Virus record (IMG/VR): IMGVR_UViG_3300049182_000044
Span: 64,001 to 128,000 of that record
DNA: 64,000 bases
Strand: one strand, 5' to 3'
From: a virus
Lineage: Duplodnaviria; Caudoviricetes
Part shown: positions 9,394-17,587 of the stretch, in pieces
Layout of the letters: the number at the start of each line of letters is the position of its first letter
Position numbering within the stretch: the first letter of the stretch is position 1
Made by a program: the position numbers and the translations under genes
Notes under the pieces: generated by a model
What the model saw: the letters and a program-made list of their open reading frames with translations, nothing else
What the model was told of the DNA's origin: nothing
Databases searched by the model: none

Positions 9394-9776
9394 CCATAAA
9401 AGAAATTGATCTGTCGGAGCGTGTCGTAGGCTCTTCTACAGTAGCTGCCATCCTTCCTCCAATGTCGAACGACTGGGGCGAGCGTGAGCCGACCCGTGTT
9501 AAGCGCATCGCCAAGCTGTACACTCTCGCTGAGTATGCTGAGAACTTCACGCTCGAAGAGATTCCACGCAAGTTCAAGCATCGTACCCGGCGCAAAGCCA
9601 AGTGGTTCTTCGGCAAACGTATTCACCTAGTCGGCAGCGCAAAGCAAATGCGGTGCGTGTTCGGCAAACCCAGCCCGAGTTCGTTTGGTGCCACAGCGGA
9701 TGCCCTGTGTCAAGCGCCGGGCAACACAGTCATGGTCGTGCGTGTTCCTGCTGAGGAGAATGGGAATGCAGATTGA
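9384..9776 (+). CDS. Hypothetical protein
   Basis: Start MSVTIKE overlapping previous stop. Confidence 0.55.
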   Translation: MSVTIKEIDLSERVVGSSTVAAILPPMSNDWGEREPTRVKRIAKLYTLAEYAENFTLEEIPRKFKHRTRRKAKWFFGKRIHLVGSAKQMRCVFGKPSPSSFGATADALCQAPGNTVMVVRVPAEENGNAD

Positions 9777-10032
9777 TTTCGAGAAGCTGAAAAGCATCGC
9801 AATCGTTCACCGCGGTCTACGTCTCGATGATGGTAATCAGTGGGTCGAAATCGCAGCCTCCAATAAGCAACTGGGTAAGCTCGCTGCTGCACACGGGCGT
9901 ATGACTGCAAAAGGCGCACCGCCTGAAGCTAAGACTGAATTTCAGCAGCTGCTGACCAATATCGTCGTGAAATTTAACGGCACAGTGCCAGATTGGTTAC
10001 AACAAAATGTTCAACGTCCCCAAGCTGCGTGA
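9766..10032 (+). CDS. Hypothetical protein
   Basis: Start MQIDFEK after GAGGAG. Confidence 0.55.
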   Translation: MQIDFEKLKSIAIVHRGLRLDDGNQWVEIAASNKQLGKLAAAHGRMTAKGAPPEAKTEFQQLLTNIVVKFNGTVPDWLQQNVQRPQAA

Positions 10033-10573
10033 GCGCAGTGGCCGTTATCACATAACGGAATCGAAGTTCGAGAACACGGACTACTGCCTTCACTTCCTGA
10101 AGAATCATGGTCCTGACATTCAGTGCGTGAATGTTTCAGATGTCCCGGATTGCTACGAGTACAAGCTGCCTTTCAGGGATACGCTTCATGTTAGCCCACA
10201 AGCTTACGTAGATCATTTAGAGAAGTTCTTCACGTACCTGTGCCTCGAGACTTACGCTATGGCGGTCGTCAACTGCGCAGGCAATCCTCTAGATGGTGTG
10301 ACTCGCCTAGTGTTCAAGGACATGATGGAGAAACGCCTGCAAGCGCATGTGCGTCTGCAGGACAATAGCCGTGCGTTCCTCCTCAATCGCTTTGAAGTCG
10401 TGTGCGACGAACGTAACAATCCGGTCAACGTGATCGACAACAATGACATAGTGATATCCATAATGTACTTCCCATTCCTTGGTGTGGGTGGATATATTCT
10501 GACAATCGCTAAACATCGAGAATCTCTGATTGGAGAGAAACATGACGCAGCTGAACTTCATTCGGTCGTATAA
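10007..10573 (+). CDS. Protein containing a tail-sheath C-terminal-like domain
   Basis: GNPLDGVTR...FEVVCDERNNP...ID.NDIVISI..P aligns by eye with FNPNDFVLR...FQVVCDESNNP of the sheath at 43587. Confidence 0.55.
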   Translation: MFNVPKLRERSGRYHITESKFENTDYCLHFLKNHGPDIQCVNVSDVPDCYEYKLPFRDTLHVSPQAYVDHLEKFFTYLCLETYAMAVVNCAGNPLDGVTRLVFKDMMEKRLQAHVRLQDNSRAFLLNRFEVVCDERNNPVNVIDNNDIVISIMYFPFLGVGGYILTIAKHRESLIGEKHDAAELHSVV

Positions 10574-11312
10574 CGGCCTCGATATTCCCAAAGAGGGTCC
10601 GTACAGCGACGAAACGCTCTATCAGATCGATATGCAGATGCGTTGCAAGATGGTCGATGACGCAATGGGCTACTACAGGACGCCTGGACGTTTCTATCAT
10701 GCTCAGCCGCATCCAATCCGCATGTTGAACAACCATGTTGACTACTGGCACTCTCATCCGACCGATGCACTCTTCCTTTCTATCTTGATGCACGACGCGG
10801 TGTACGTACCCGGTCAATCGCCTGCCTCGGAAGAGATGAGTATGCATCTCGTACCTGTCATGTACCACCGTGTTGTGGGTACCCGCATTCCAATCGAACT
10901 GTGCGACAATGTGTTCTTGTACATTCGCTGGACAATGCCGAAGTACCATGTGCGTCACAACACCATGCTCGACCCAGAAGGCCCAATCGCTCGACTACTT
11001 GATCTCGACCTAGCTGGAATGAGCGACGATTGGAATGACTTCATCGAAACGCAGCAGAAGATCGAGCGAGAGTTTGCACATCTAGGTGCATCGGATAAAC
11101 TGAAGATCGACGCTGCGAACTTCTTACACAGCTTCGTGCGTAAGGGCTATGTGTACTATACCCAGGCATTTCGCCCCGACAACGAGAAAGCCCTGCGCAA
11201 TTTGAAAGCGTTAGTTCAGGCTGTACTCGTTCACCGTGAATTTTCATGGGGCTGGCTGGCCGCTAAGAATCCAGACGTACTCGAACAGGAATACGGAAAC
11301 TCGAATCTGTAA
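10542..11312 (+). CDS. HD-superfamily metal-dependent phosphohydrolase (COG4339-like)
   Basis: RFYHAQPH, LMHDAVYVPG...SEEMS, LLDLDLAGM..DW...QQKIEREF motifs. Confidence 0.75.
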   Translation: MTQLNFIRSYNGLDIPKEGPYSDETLYQIDMQMRCKMVDDAMGYYRTPGRFYHAQPHPIRMLNNHVDYWHSHPTDALFLSILMHDAVYVPGQSPASEEMSMHLVPVMYHRVVGTRIPIELCDNVFLYIRWTMPKYHVRHNTMLDPEGPIARLLDLDLAGMSDDWNDFIETQQKIEREFAHLGASDKLKIDAANFLHSFVRKGYVYYTQAFRPDNEKALRNLKALVQAVLVHREFSWGWLAAKNPDVLEQEYGNSNL

Positions 11313-11343
11313 AGAACAGGCATTATTGAACAGGGAGAACATA

Positions 11344-11514
11344 ATGTTTTCTAAGCAGCGACTCCAATATCATCAGACGGTGCTGAACGAAATCGAACAG
11401 ATGCGTGTGGATGCAGTATCTCGCGCAAACGCAATGAAGTCGCAGAAGTCCAACAAGGACAACAACTGGGCGCGCAACAAAGTTGCCTCACTTATCACTG
11501 CTGTGAAGTCATAG
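11344..11514 (+). CDS. Small hypothetical protein (MFSKQRLQY...)
   Basis: GGGAG RBS, follows CTGTAAA motif. Confidence 0.5.
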   Translation: MFSKQRLQYHQTVLNEIEQMRVDAVSRANAMKSQKSNKDNNWARNKVASLITAVKS

Positions 11515-11516
11515 TC

Positions 11517-11747
11517 ATGGCAGAAGTCGAACGTGAAGTCCGGACCTTCCATGTTGAACGCCAGTGCGATGTAGGTGCCTGTTCAGGAGTCATGCGCAAG
11601 GATCGCGATCAAACTACCCAGCTTAAGAAGTGGAGCGAAGGCGGATATGTCGGTGAACCTCTGCGAGTACATACGTGCAATGCATGTGGTGCGAAAGCTG
11701 AGTACGACGTTGATTATCCGAAATTGGTCTATAGATTTACCACGTAA
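11517..11747 (+). CDS. Small Zn-ribbon-like protein
   Basis: CDVGAC and HTCNAC pairs. Confidence 0.55.
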   Translation: MAEVEREVRTFHVERQCDVGACSGVMRKDRDQTTQLKKWSEGGYVGEPLRVHTCNACGAKAEYDVDYPKLVYRFTT

Positions 11748-11947
11748 CGGTTACGTTGATGCAGCCCGCGAGGGTTGATCGCCTGAGTAATAGTTCTTCA
11801 AGCGTAGAAAAAGAACTTGCTTCCTTTATCTTGTGGTGCCACGAACCCCTCAGATAGAGTGTATGTCATTGACGGCCGGCCTTACATTCTAGACGCCGGT
11901 ACACTTACGCAGACGGGTTGTATCAGCGTATTCATTAAGGAAAGAAC

Positions 11948-12154
11948 ATGGTCACAAAAGCAATCGCCTACATCGACAAGATCGCGCCTGAACATGAAAG
12001 AATTAGCTGCTCGGAACTGAATGGCGATAAAAGCGCACCGAACGCACGCTACAAGGCGGATGACTTCGGCGGTTGTTATCGCTGCACGTTGATGCAGGTG
12101 CACAATCTTGCAATGTCCGGAGAAGAGGCGGAAGATGACGACGATGACACTTGA
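11948..12154 (+). CDS. Small Cys-containing protein
   Basis: AAGGA RBS; SC...GGCYRC. Confidence 0.55.
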   Translation: MVTKAIAYIDKIAPEHERISCSELNGDKSAPNARYKADDFGGCYRCTLMQVHNLAMSGEEAEDDDDDT

Positions 12155-12326
12155 AGCAGCACTGGTGGTTCTTGACCAGGACAACACCTCAGCCTACATT
12201 TGCCGCGAACAGGACAACACTCCCACGGTGTTCGGCACTGGTGAAACGGCCTGCGTTGCTATTGACGGCAACTTCAACATCGCACAACTGAAAGCGTTAA
12301 TCACCGTGATCGAAAGCACTCAATGA
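12135..12326 (+). CDS. Small hypothetical protein (start uncertain)
   Basis: Coupled to neighbours. Confidence 0.45.
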   Translation: MTTMTLEAALVVLDQDNTSAYICREQDNTPTVFGTGETACVAIDGNFNIAQLKALITVIESTQ

Positions 12327-12562
12327 GCAGCGAGGACCTGGAGAAGGCAATGCAGGAGCTAGGTGACGCGCAGAAGGAAGGCGTCAACCTTATACTGGAT
12401 AGTATTCGACGCCGTGCGTTGTATCCTACATTGGCCTCTATGGAACCGCGCACTCGCGAGATAATGCTGAAGTACGCAAGCATCCCGATAAATGAGACGA
12501 ATCAGGAGATCGAACACCTACTTCGTCACATTGACATGCTGAAGAAAGAAATTCGCAAATGA
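12323..12562 (+). CDS. Hypothetical protein
   Basis: ATGA overlaps. Confidence 0.6.
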   Translation: MSSEDLEKAMQELGDAQKEGVNLILDSIRRRALYPTLASMEPRTREIMLKYASIPINETNQEIEHLLRHIDMLKKEIRK

Positions 12563-13248
12563 AAGAATTTTCAAACACCGGAGTGTATTTGTCGTCTGGT
12601 TCCGCGTGTGCGAAGGCACTAGCAGAAGGCAACGTGAAACTTGCAAGCCAAATCTTCAGTCAGACTAGCGTAGACTTCAAAAAGCTGATTCCTAGCCGTT
12701 ATGATCGCGCATGGCTCATGGCGAAATCGAAGGGTGAAGATCCTCCTGCATCTCCACCGCCATTGGTGCTAGGCAGTTTGCGTGCTGACGTTGAACAGCT
12801 TCGCCTTCTCGCGTATATGCTGTACTGCAATCGAGTACCGTATGACTGCTGGCTGCCGTTACCTCCTCCGCCGCAGACCGACGCATTCATCGAGCCTGGA
12901 TCAGACGCAGAGAAAGCTGAAATCGCTCAGCTCTTGTATCAGATTCGCGAGCACTATTGCCTCATGGCTTTCAAACTCGCCGACGATCAATCTACCAACG
13001 CTGAACGCGAGCGTGTACGTCAACACACGGTCTTCAAACAGCTTCACTGGTATATGCCGGAACATACCTGGAAGGACGTTGTGAAGATGAAGGTGCCTGA
13101 GGGCATGGATCATCAAGACTACATCTTCTTGATTAAGAATTGTGAGGGGCACACTTCGCAAGATCGAAAACACCTCATGTTCGTAGGCCACGAGAACATG
13201 AAACGCTTTGAGCAGTACTTCACCAACAAACAAAGGGGAAACGCATGA
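12559..13248 (+). CDS. Hypothetical protein
   Basis: 229-aa coupled ORF. Confidence 0.7.
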   Translation: MKEFSNTGVYLSSGSACAKALAEGNVKLASQIFSQTSVDFKKLIPSRYDRAWLMAKSKGEDPPASPPPLVLGSLRADVEQLRLLAYMLYCNRVPYDCWLPLPPPPQTDAFIEPGSDAEKAEIAQLLYQIREHYCLMAFKLADDQSTNAERERVRQHTVFKQLHWYMPEHTWKDVVKMKVPEGMDHQDYIFLIKNCEGHTSQDRKHLMFVGHENMKRFEQYFTNKQRGNA

Positions 13249-13529
13249 ACACCGCAACTCAAGAAGCACAAGATAGCACCAACGGCACTATCACCCATCG
13301 CGTCAAGCGCGTGATCGCGCAACAGCTGGGTGTATCTGAACTGGATGTGAAGCCAGACAGCAACTTCGTCAATGACCTCGGCGCTGACAGCCTCGACGGC
13401 GTTGAACTGCTGATGGCCATCGAAGACGAGTTCGAGTTCGAGATCAGCGACGAAGACGGCGAACAGTTGACTACGCCGCAAGCCTACATCGACTTCATCG
13501 CCAAGAACAAGCCAGAACTCGCTAAATAA
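13245..13529 (+). CDS. acpP: Acyl carrier protein
   Basis: [12 protein letters not shown]...[31 protein letters not shown]; phosphopantetheine Ser in DSL motif. Confidence 0.92.
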   Translation: MNTATQEAQDSTNGTITHRVKRVIAQQLGVSELDVKPDSNFVNDLGADSLDGVELLMAIEDEFEFEISDEDGEQLTTPQAYIDFIAKNKPELAK

Positions 13530-13555
13530 ACAGCAACCACAACAACAAGGGGAAT

Positions 13556-13864
13556 ATGATGGAAACGACGAACAACACGGAAGTGTTTGACATAAATTCA
13601 CCGCAGTACGATCCGAATATGCTGCTCGACGGCATTCTCGAACAGTTGAATCTGAAGAACGATGCTGTGCTGTCCCGCGCCCTTGAGGTAGCCCCTCCGG
13701 TGTTGAGCAAGATTCGTCACCGTCGTATCCCCGTCGGCCCGATGATGCTGATCCGTATGCACGAACTCACCGGGTCGTCGATTCAGGAATTGCGTTCGCG
13801 CATGGGTGATCGCCGTGAGAAGTTCTCGCTGCTTGGCCTGGCAACTGACAAACGAGCCAAGTAA
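13556..13864 (+). CDS. Small HTH-like DNA-binding protein of a family typical of Oxalobacteraceae
   Basis: YDPNMLLD...LNLKNDAVLSRALEVAPPVLSKIRHRRIPVG..MLIRMHELT..SI.ELR..MGDRR.KF; family recognised from memory. Confidence 0.65.
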   Translation: MMETTNNTEVFDINSPQYDPNMLLDGILEQLNLKNDAVLSRALEVAPPVLSKIRHRRIPVGPMMLIRMHELTGSSIQELRSRMGDRREKFSLLGLATDKRAK

Positions 13865-13865
13865 C

Positions 13866-14144
13866 ATGCTTTCGGTGCACCTGAAACGATTTTATCGGTT
13901 CATCCTTAAAGAGACCGAGGACACAACTTCTCATGTCAATTCGGCTTGCACGGCCATCTGTGAGCCGAAGTGGCTGGCGGTCGATAAGAATGGCAAGTGC
14001 TATGCCTTCTCAGTCAAGCCTATTCTCGAAGGTAATTTCTGGATGAACCAGGACAAGAACAAAGTTTTCGTGATGACGATGCCTCAGGGTACCGATTACG
14101 ATTACTCCCAATCACTTCACGAAATAGGAAGAAGAATAGCGTGA
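13866..14144 (+). CDS. Hypothetical protein
   Basis: ATG 1 nt after previous stop. Confidence 0.6.
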   Translation: MLSVHLKRFYRFILKETEDTTSHVNSACTAICEPKWLAVDKNGKCYAFSVKPILEGNFWMNQDKNKVFVMTMPQGTDYDYSQSLHEIGRRIA

Positions 14145-14596
14145 CGCTCCTCGAACAAATCAAAGCAGATCAACTGCAGGCGCGCAAAGACCGGCTGACG
14201 TTGAAAGCAACCCTGCTCACCACGTTGATCGGTGAAGCGGTAATGAAAGGCAAAAACGACGGCAACCGTGAATCGACGGATGACGAAGTGGTCGAGGTCG
14301 TCAAGAAGTTCATCAAGAACATCAACGATACGATCAAGTTTCTGACTGAAGGCGGCGCCACAGAAACTGACGAACGGCTCATTACTGTAAAGAACGAGCG
14401 TCAGATACTCGAAGCGTACCTGCCACAGCAGTTGACAGAAGACCAAATCGTCGGCTTCCTGAAAGCTTCGGGTCTGCAAACGGCTGGTATCAACAAAGGC
14501 ATTTGCATGAAGTACCTGAAAGAGAACTTCGCCGGTCGTTATGACGGCAAGGTCGCCTCTGCAGCCGTTGACCGTTTCATCAGTACCGGTCAGTAA
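14141..14596 (+). CDS. GatB/YqeY domain protein
   Basis: MTLLEQIKADQLQARK...LTTLIGE..MKGKNDGNRE.TDDEVVEVVKKFIKN...E.QILEAYLPQQLTEDQI. Confidence 0.85.
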   Translation: MTLLEQIKADQLQARKDRLTLKATLLTTLIGEAVMKGKNDGNRESTDDEVVEVVKKFIKNINDTIKFLTEGGATETDERLITVKNERQILEAYLPQQLTEDQIVGFLKASGLQTAGINKGICMKYLKENFAGRYDGKVASAAVDRFISTGQ

Positions 14597-14645
14597 CTGT
14601 AAAGCAGTATTCGTAGCAAACGTTCCAACTAACAAGAACAAGGAG

Positions 14646-14816
14646 ATGCTCGGATTACTTTCATATCTGGGTGATTTCTTTAGGAGCGGATGGTTTTGTC
14701 GTATTGAGTTGTCCGAACCGCTTCAGCGGCCTAGGAACGAGAGCGCGCCTAGCAGCGCAATTAGACCCAAACGCCTAAATCGTGAAGCCACGTCCACGTG
14801 TTACAGGGATACGTAA
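14646..14816 (+). CDS. 56-aa peptide with hydrophobic N terminus
   Basis: AAGGAG RBS, downstream of CTGTAAA at 14597. Confidence 0.4.
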   Translation: MLGLLSYLGDFFRSGWFCRIELSEPLQRPRNESAPSSAIRPKRLNREATSTCYRDT

Positions 14817-14819
14817 GGA

Positions 14820-15090
14820 CACCTAAAACGGGAATTACCCATCCCATTACAATTTGCCGAAACACCCAAGACACAATGTCTTATTAGAGTGAAGCAGTCA
14901 ACATGCACGACGCCATAAGCAAAGCTTTCACCTAGCTTTTGGGCTTGCAGGACGAGTGAGGTACTCCTTTGAAATAGCTATTGATTATAGCCGTAAGCCG
15001 GGGCCACACATACGCCAGTCAACGATGCCGTCTTCGCGGGATGGGTCGGGGGAGTCGATTCCTGAGTGGGCGGTTTATGGATGTAATCAA
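14820..15090 (+). ncRNA. Candidate structured ncRNA
   Basis: ACCCATCCC (14837-45) pairs GGGATGGGT (15038-46), flanked by GGGAATT/GATTCCT; several internal hairpins; no credible ORF. Confidence 0.35.
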
Positions 15091-15105
15091 CAAGAAAAGA
15101 CAATC

Positions 15106-15708
15106 ATGCTTAAATGGCTAGATAAGATCCTTGGACGGAATAACGAGGAAGGTTCACTGAAAAGTATCACGTTCGATCCAGTTGAATTGATTCAGTTCCG
15201 CGTTGATCGTCGTGTGTTGACAGGCGATCCTGAAGTGACAGTCTACGTCCCGCAATATCGTACTAGGGTCTTTTACGAGTCTAACACACGCCTCAAGGTA
15301 GCCGAAGGTGGATACTTCAGGCGTGCGGTGTTGACCTCTCAACCACCTGAAAACAAGTGGACACCTTGGCAGGACTTCCAAGCGACAGATGATTGCGGTT
15401 GCCCGCTGCATTTCTCGCTCACTGCATACAGTGCAACGCGCACGGTGAAGACCGAAAACTGTAAAAACGTGGTACAGGCGTTGCGGCCAATTCGCATCAT
15501 CGAAACAGAAGGTTCGATGGGTATGGATAAGAACACCTGGGTCGGGAACATCTTGCGCAACGAAACACGTAAGGTGTACTGCGGCAGCGGTGACGGCGTG
15601 GAAGAAGAGTTCTATGTCGTGCGTACCCTTGGTGGCATGAAAGAGATGTGGGTGGCTGTCTCCGCTACTACTCGCGCCGAAGACGGTGTGATCGAGTATC
15701 GGTATTAG
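15106..15708 (+). CDS. Hypothetical protein (start MLKWLDK)
   Basis: A-rich leader before ATG 15106; the upstream extension lies in the structured region. Confidence 0.65.
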   Translation: MLKWLDKILGRNNEEGSLKSITFDPVELIQFRVDRRVLTGDPEVTVYVPQYRTRVFYESNTRLKVAEGGYFRRAVLTSQPPENKWTPWQDFQATDDCGCPLHFSLTAYSATRTVKTENCKNVVQALRPIRIIETEGSMGMDKNTWVGNILRNETRKVYCGSGDGVEEEFYVVRTLGGMKEMWVAVSATTRAEDGVIEYRY

Positions 15709-15747
15709 TTCTGTAAATCGTAATTAGGTAGTTCATTTTAGTACCGT

Positions 15748-15823
15748 GGGGCGTTAACTCAGTTGGTAGAGTAGCGGACTCTTAATCCGTTTGTCGTAAG
15801 TTCGATCCTTACACGCCCTACCA
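15748..15823 (+). tRNA. tRNA-Lys(CTT)
   Basis: 76-nt cloverleaf, GCGGA-CT-CTT-AA-TCCGT anticodon arm, TTCGATC T loop, encoded CCA. Confidence 0.95.
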
Positions 15824-15881
15824 AAGTTTCCATAGTAGTGCAGATGCGCGAAAGCGAGTTCTTACTTCTGCATTACTCACC

Positions 15882-15957
15882 GGGTCGTTAGCTCAGTCGG
15901 TAGAGCAGCGGACTTTTAATCCGTTGGTCGCGTGTTCGAGTCACGCACGGCCTACCA
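15882..15957 (+). tRNA. tRNA-Lys(TTT)
   Basis: 76-nt cloverleaf, GCGGA-CT-TTT-AA-TCCGT, encoded CCA. Confidence 0.95.
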
Positions 15958-16111
15958 AGTTTGTCGTAGTAAAGAGTTGTAACTGCCATGTGGGTGGGTA
16001 CCTGCATGTTGTCGTAAGAATGGCCAAAAAGCCGGACCTCAATTTGTGCGAGTCGAAAGGCTCTCACCAGTGTAGACAGTCCTTACAGGGGATCGCAGTT
16101 AGCTGTTACGT

Positions 16112-16187
16112 GGGGCGTTAGCTCAGTTGGGAGAGCAGCGAACTTTTAATCCGTTGGTCGCTGGTTCAAACCCAGCACGCCCTACCA
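16112..16187 (+). tRNA. tRNA-Lys(TTT), variant with A30:C40 mismatch
   Basis: 76-nt cloverleaf, GCGAA-CT-TTT-AA-TCCGT, TTCAAAC T loop, encoded CCA. Confidence 0.85.
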
Positions 16188-16205
16188 AATTTTAGAAAGT
16201 GCGTT

Positions 16206-16409
16206 ATGTCCAATGAGTACAAGATTGCAACCTACAGCTTCGCTGTAGCAGAAGCAGTACGCGTGGTCTTCAATCACGAAAAGATTCCGTTTGAAAGCGC
16301 AGTCGGTGCGGGTTCGGTGATCGTCATCCTTGTACCCATGGAGCATAAGGCTACCGCACAGAACGTGCTACGTCAATGGAAGTCCGCCATAGCGCAGATT
16401 CAGATTTAA
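16206..16409 (+). CDS. Small hypothetical protein between RNA genes
   Basis: 67-aa ORF filling the gap between tRNA and tRNA-like RNA. Confidence 0.55.
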   Translation: MSNEYKIATYSFAVAEAVRVVFNHEKIPFESAVGAGSVIVILVPMEHKATAQNVLRQWKSAIAQIQI

Positions 16410-16410
16410 C

Positions 16411-16539
16411 GCGGGTATCGTCGAAGGTATGGCTATCGTAGTAAAGGCGTACAGTCATGTGCGTCTACATGGGGCAACTTAACAGTTGCAGCTACGACGT
16501 TCCCATGTTTCGTGAGTTCAAGTCTCACTACCCGCACCA
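16411..16539 (+). ncRNA. tRNA-shaped RNA A (129 nt), anticodon arm replaced by a structured insert
   Basis: Acceptor GCGGGTA/TACCCGC plus A-CCA, D arm GTCG-AAGGTA-TGGC, T arm GTGAG-TTCAAGT-CTCAC. Confidence 0.7.
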
Positions 16540-16654
16540 CTCCCTTATAAGAGAAAAAGAAATGGGAATCAAAGGCTACGTGATTGCCTGTGCAATCGCT
16601 TCATTGCTCGTCGCCGTGATCGCCACATCTAATTTGTTGACGATGCAGTAACAA

Positions 16655-17325
16655 CAGTGTGTTTAACACCCCGTCTAAGTGGAAAACGTTGCATTAAGCG
16701 TAGAAACGAACTTAGGCATTGAGCAAGCCAAGTGTTCTTGGACAAGACAAGGGATACTCTTTTGGTTCGCAGGTACCTGTGGACATACAAGTCTGAAGAG
16801 AAACGAAGTCCTGGGTAGGCCGCCCAGGCTAAGTCTAACTTGAACCGAGTGATTGCCTGATGTGGCAGCAATCTGTCACGGGGTGCTAAACACATTTCAA
16901 AGAATACGTTCTGCGAGAGATCAATACACAGTGAGTTCGGAGGTGCGGCGGGAACCATGCCTCGGAGCGGACAACAGTCTGTGCAGCAGAACGTTATATG
17001 CGTATGTATTGACGTAGGCAGTTAGACGCTGGCGCGCGATGATGGTAACTGGCAACGGTTACTTGGGCCATGCGAGACAAAACGATCACAGACCGTTACT
17101 GCTTACTTCAATATGTATTCAGTGTGTTTATGACGCACCACATTTGCGCGCACTTGCTAGAGACAGGTGTGTTCGCCCAGGTCGAAAGGCCCTCCTGCTT
17201 AACTAGCGGGCGGTTGTATAGGCTGCGAGGGCGTTTAGCAAGCAGTACGGCGTTCTGTTAGCCTGTAAGGGTGTGGGCCGGGTAGTGAAATAGCTACGAA
17301 CGTGGGGCGCCATAAATACATTGAG
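16655..17325 (+). ncRNA. Candidate large structured ncRNA, copy 1 (boundaries approximate)
   Basis: No ORF with RBS; long nested helices (GTGTTTA..CACCCCGT/ACGGGGTG..TAAACAC; ACGTTCTGC/GCAGAACGT; GTAGGCAGT/ACTGCTTAC; GNRA loops); core shared with 19590-20035. Confidence 0.6.
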
Positions 17326-17333
17326 TTTATTCT

Positions 17334-17506
17334 GGCGGGGTATGCATATTGGAGTAGCTGCGATTGACCGAACCGTGGAGTCCTAGGGTCGGTGAGGTCG
17401 TCGTGGTCGAGTTGGGAACAAGCACTTTGGGAGGTCGGGTAACGTGCTCGATTGAACATTGTGACTCCGACTCGGCGTGAAAGTTCGATCCTTTCCCCTG
17501 CTGCCA
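17334..17506 (+). ncRNA. tRNA-shaped RNA B (173 nt) with greatly extended anticodon-position and variable arms
   Basis: Acceptor GGCGGGG/CCCTGCT (two G:U) plus G-CCA, T arm GAAAG-TTCGATC-CTTTC, two long internal helices. Confidence 0.6.
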
Positions 17507-17587
17507 ACGATTTCGGGACTCGTAGTTTATTCTTCGTCGAGCCGCGTTCAGCATGGGTGACCAGGTCACGTAAGTGCTGATGTTAGT

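Noticed and set aside
11750-11945. Possible small RNA in a 200-nt gap (GCAGCCC-GCGA-GGGTTG, AGTGTA/TACACT)
   Set aside because: Helices are short and explainable as terminator or leader structure; too weak without homologs
14956-15105. N-terminal 50-codon extension of the 15106 gene in the ORF track
   Set aside because: Falls inside the paired non-coding block, has a GTG start without clear RBS and looks non-protein-like
16474-16489. GCAAC-TTAACA-GTTGC read as a Leu(TAA) anticodon arm in RNA A
   Set aside because: Loop is 6 nt rather than 7 and lies far from the D arm; not a canonical anticodon position
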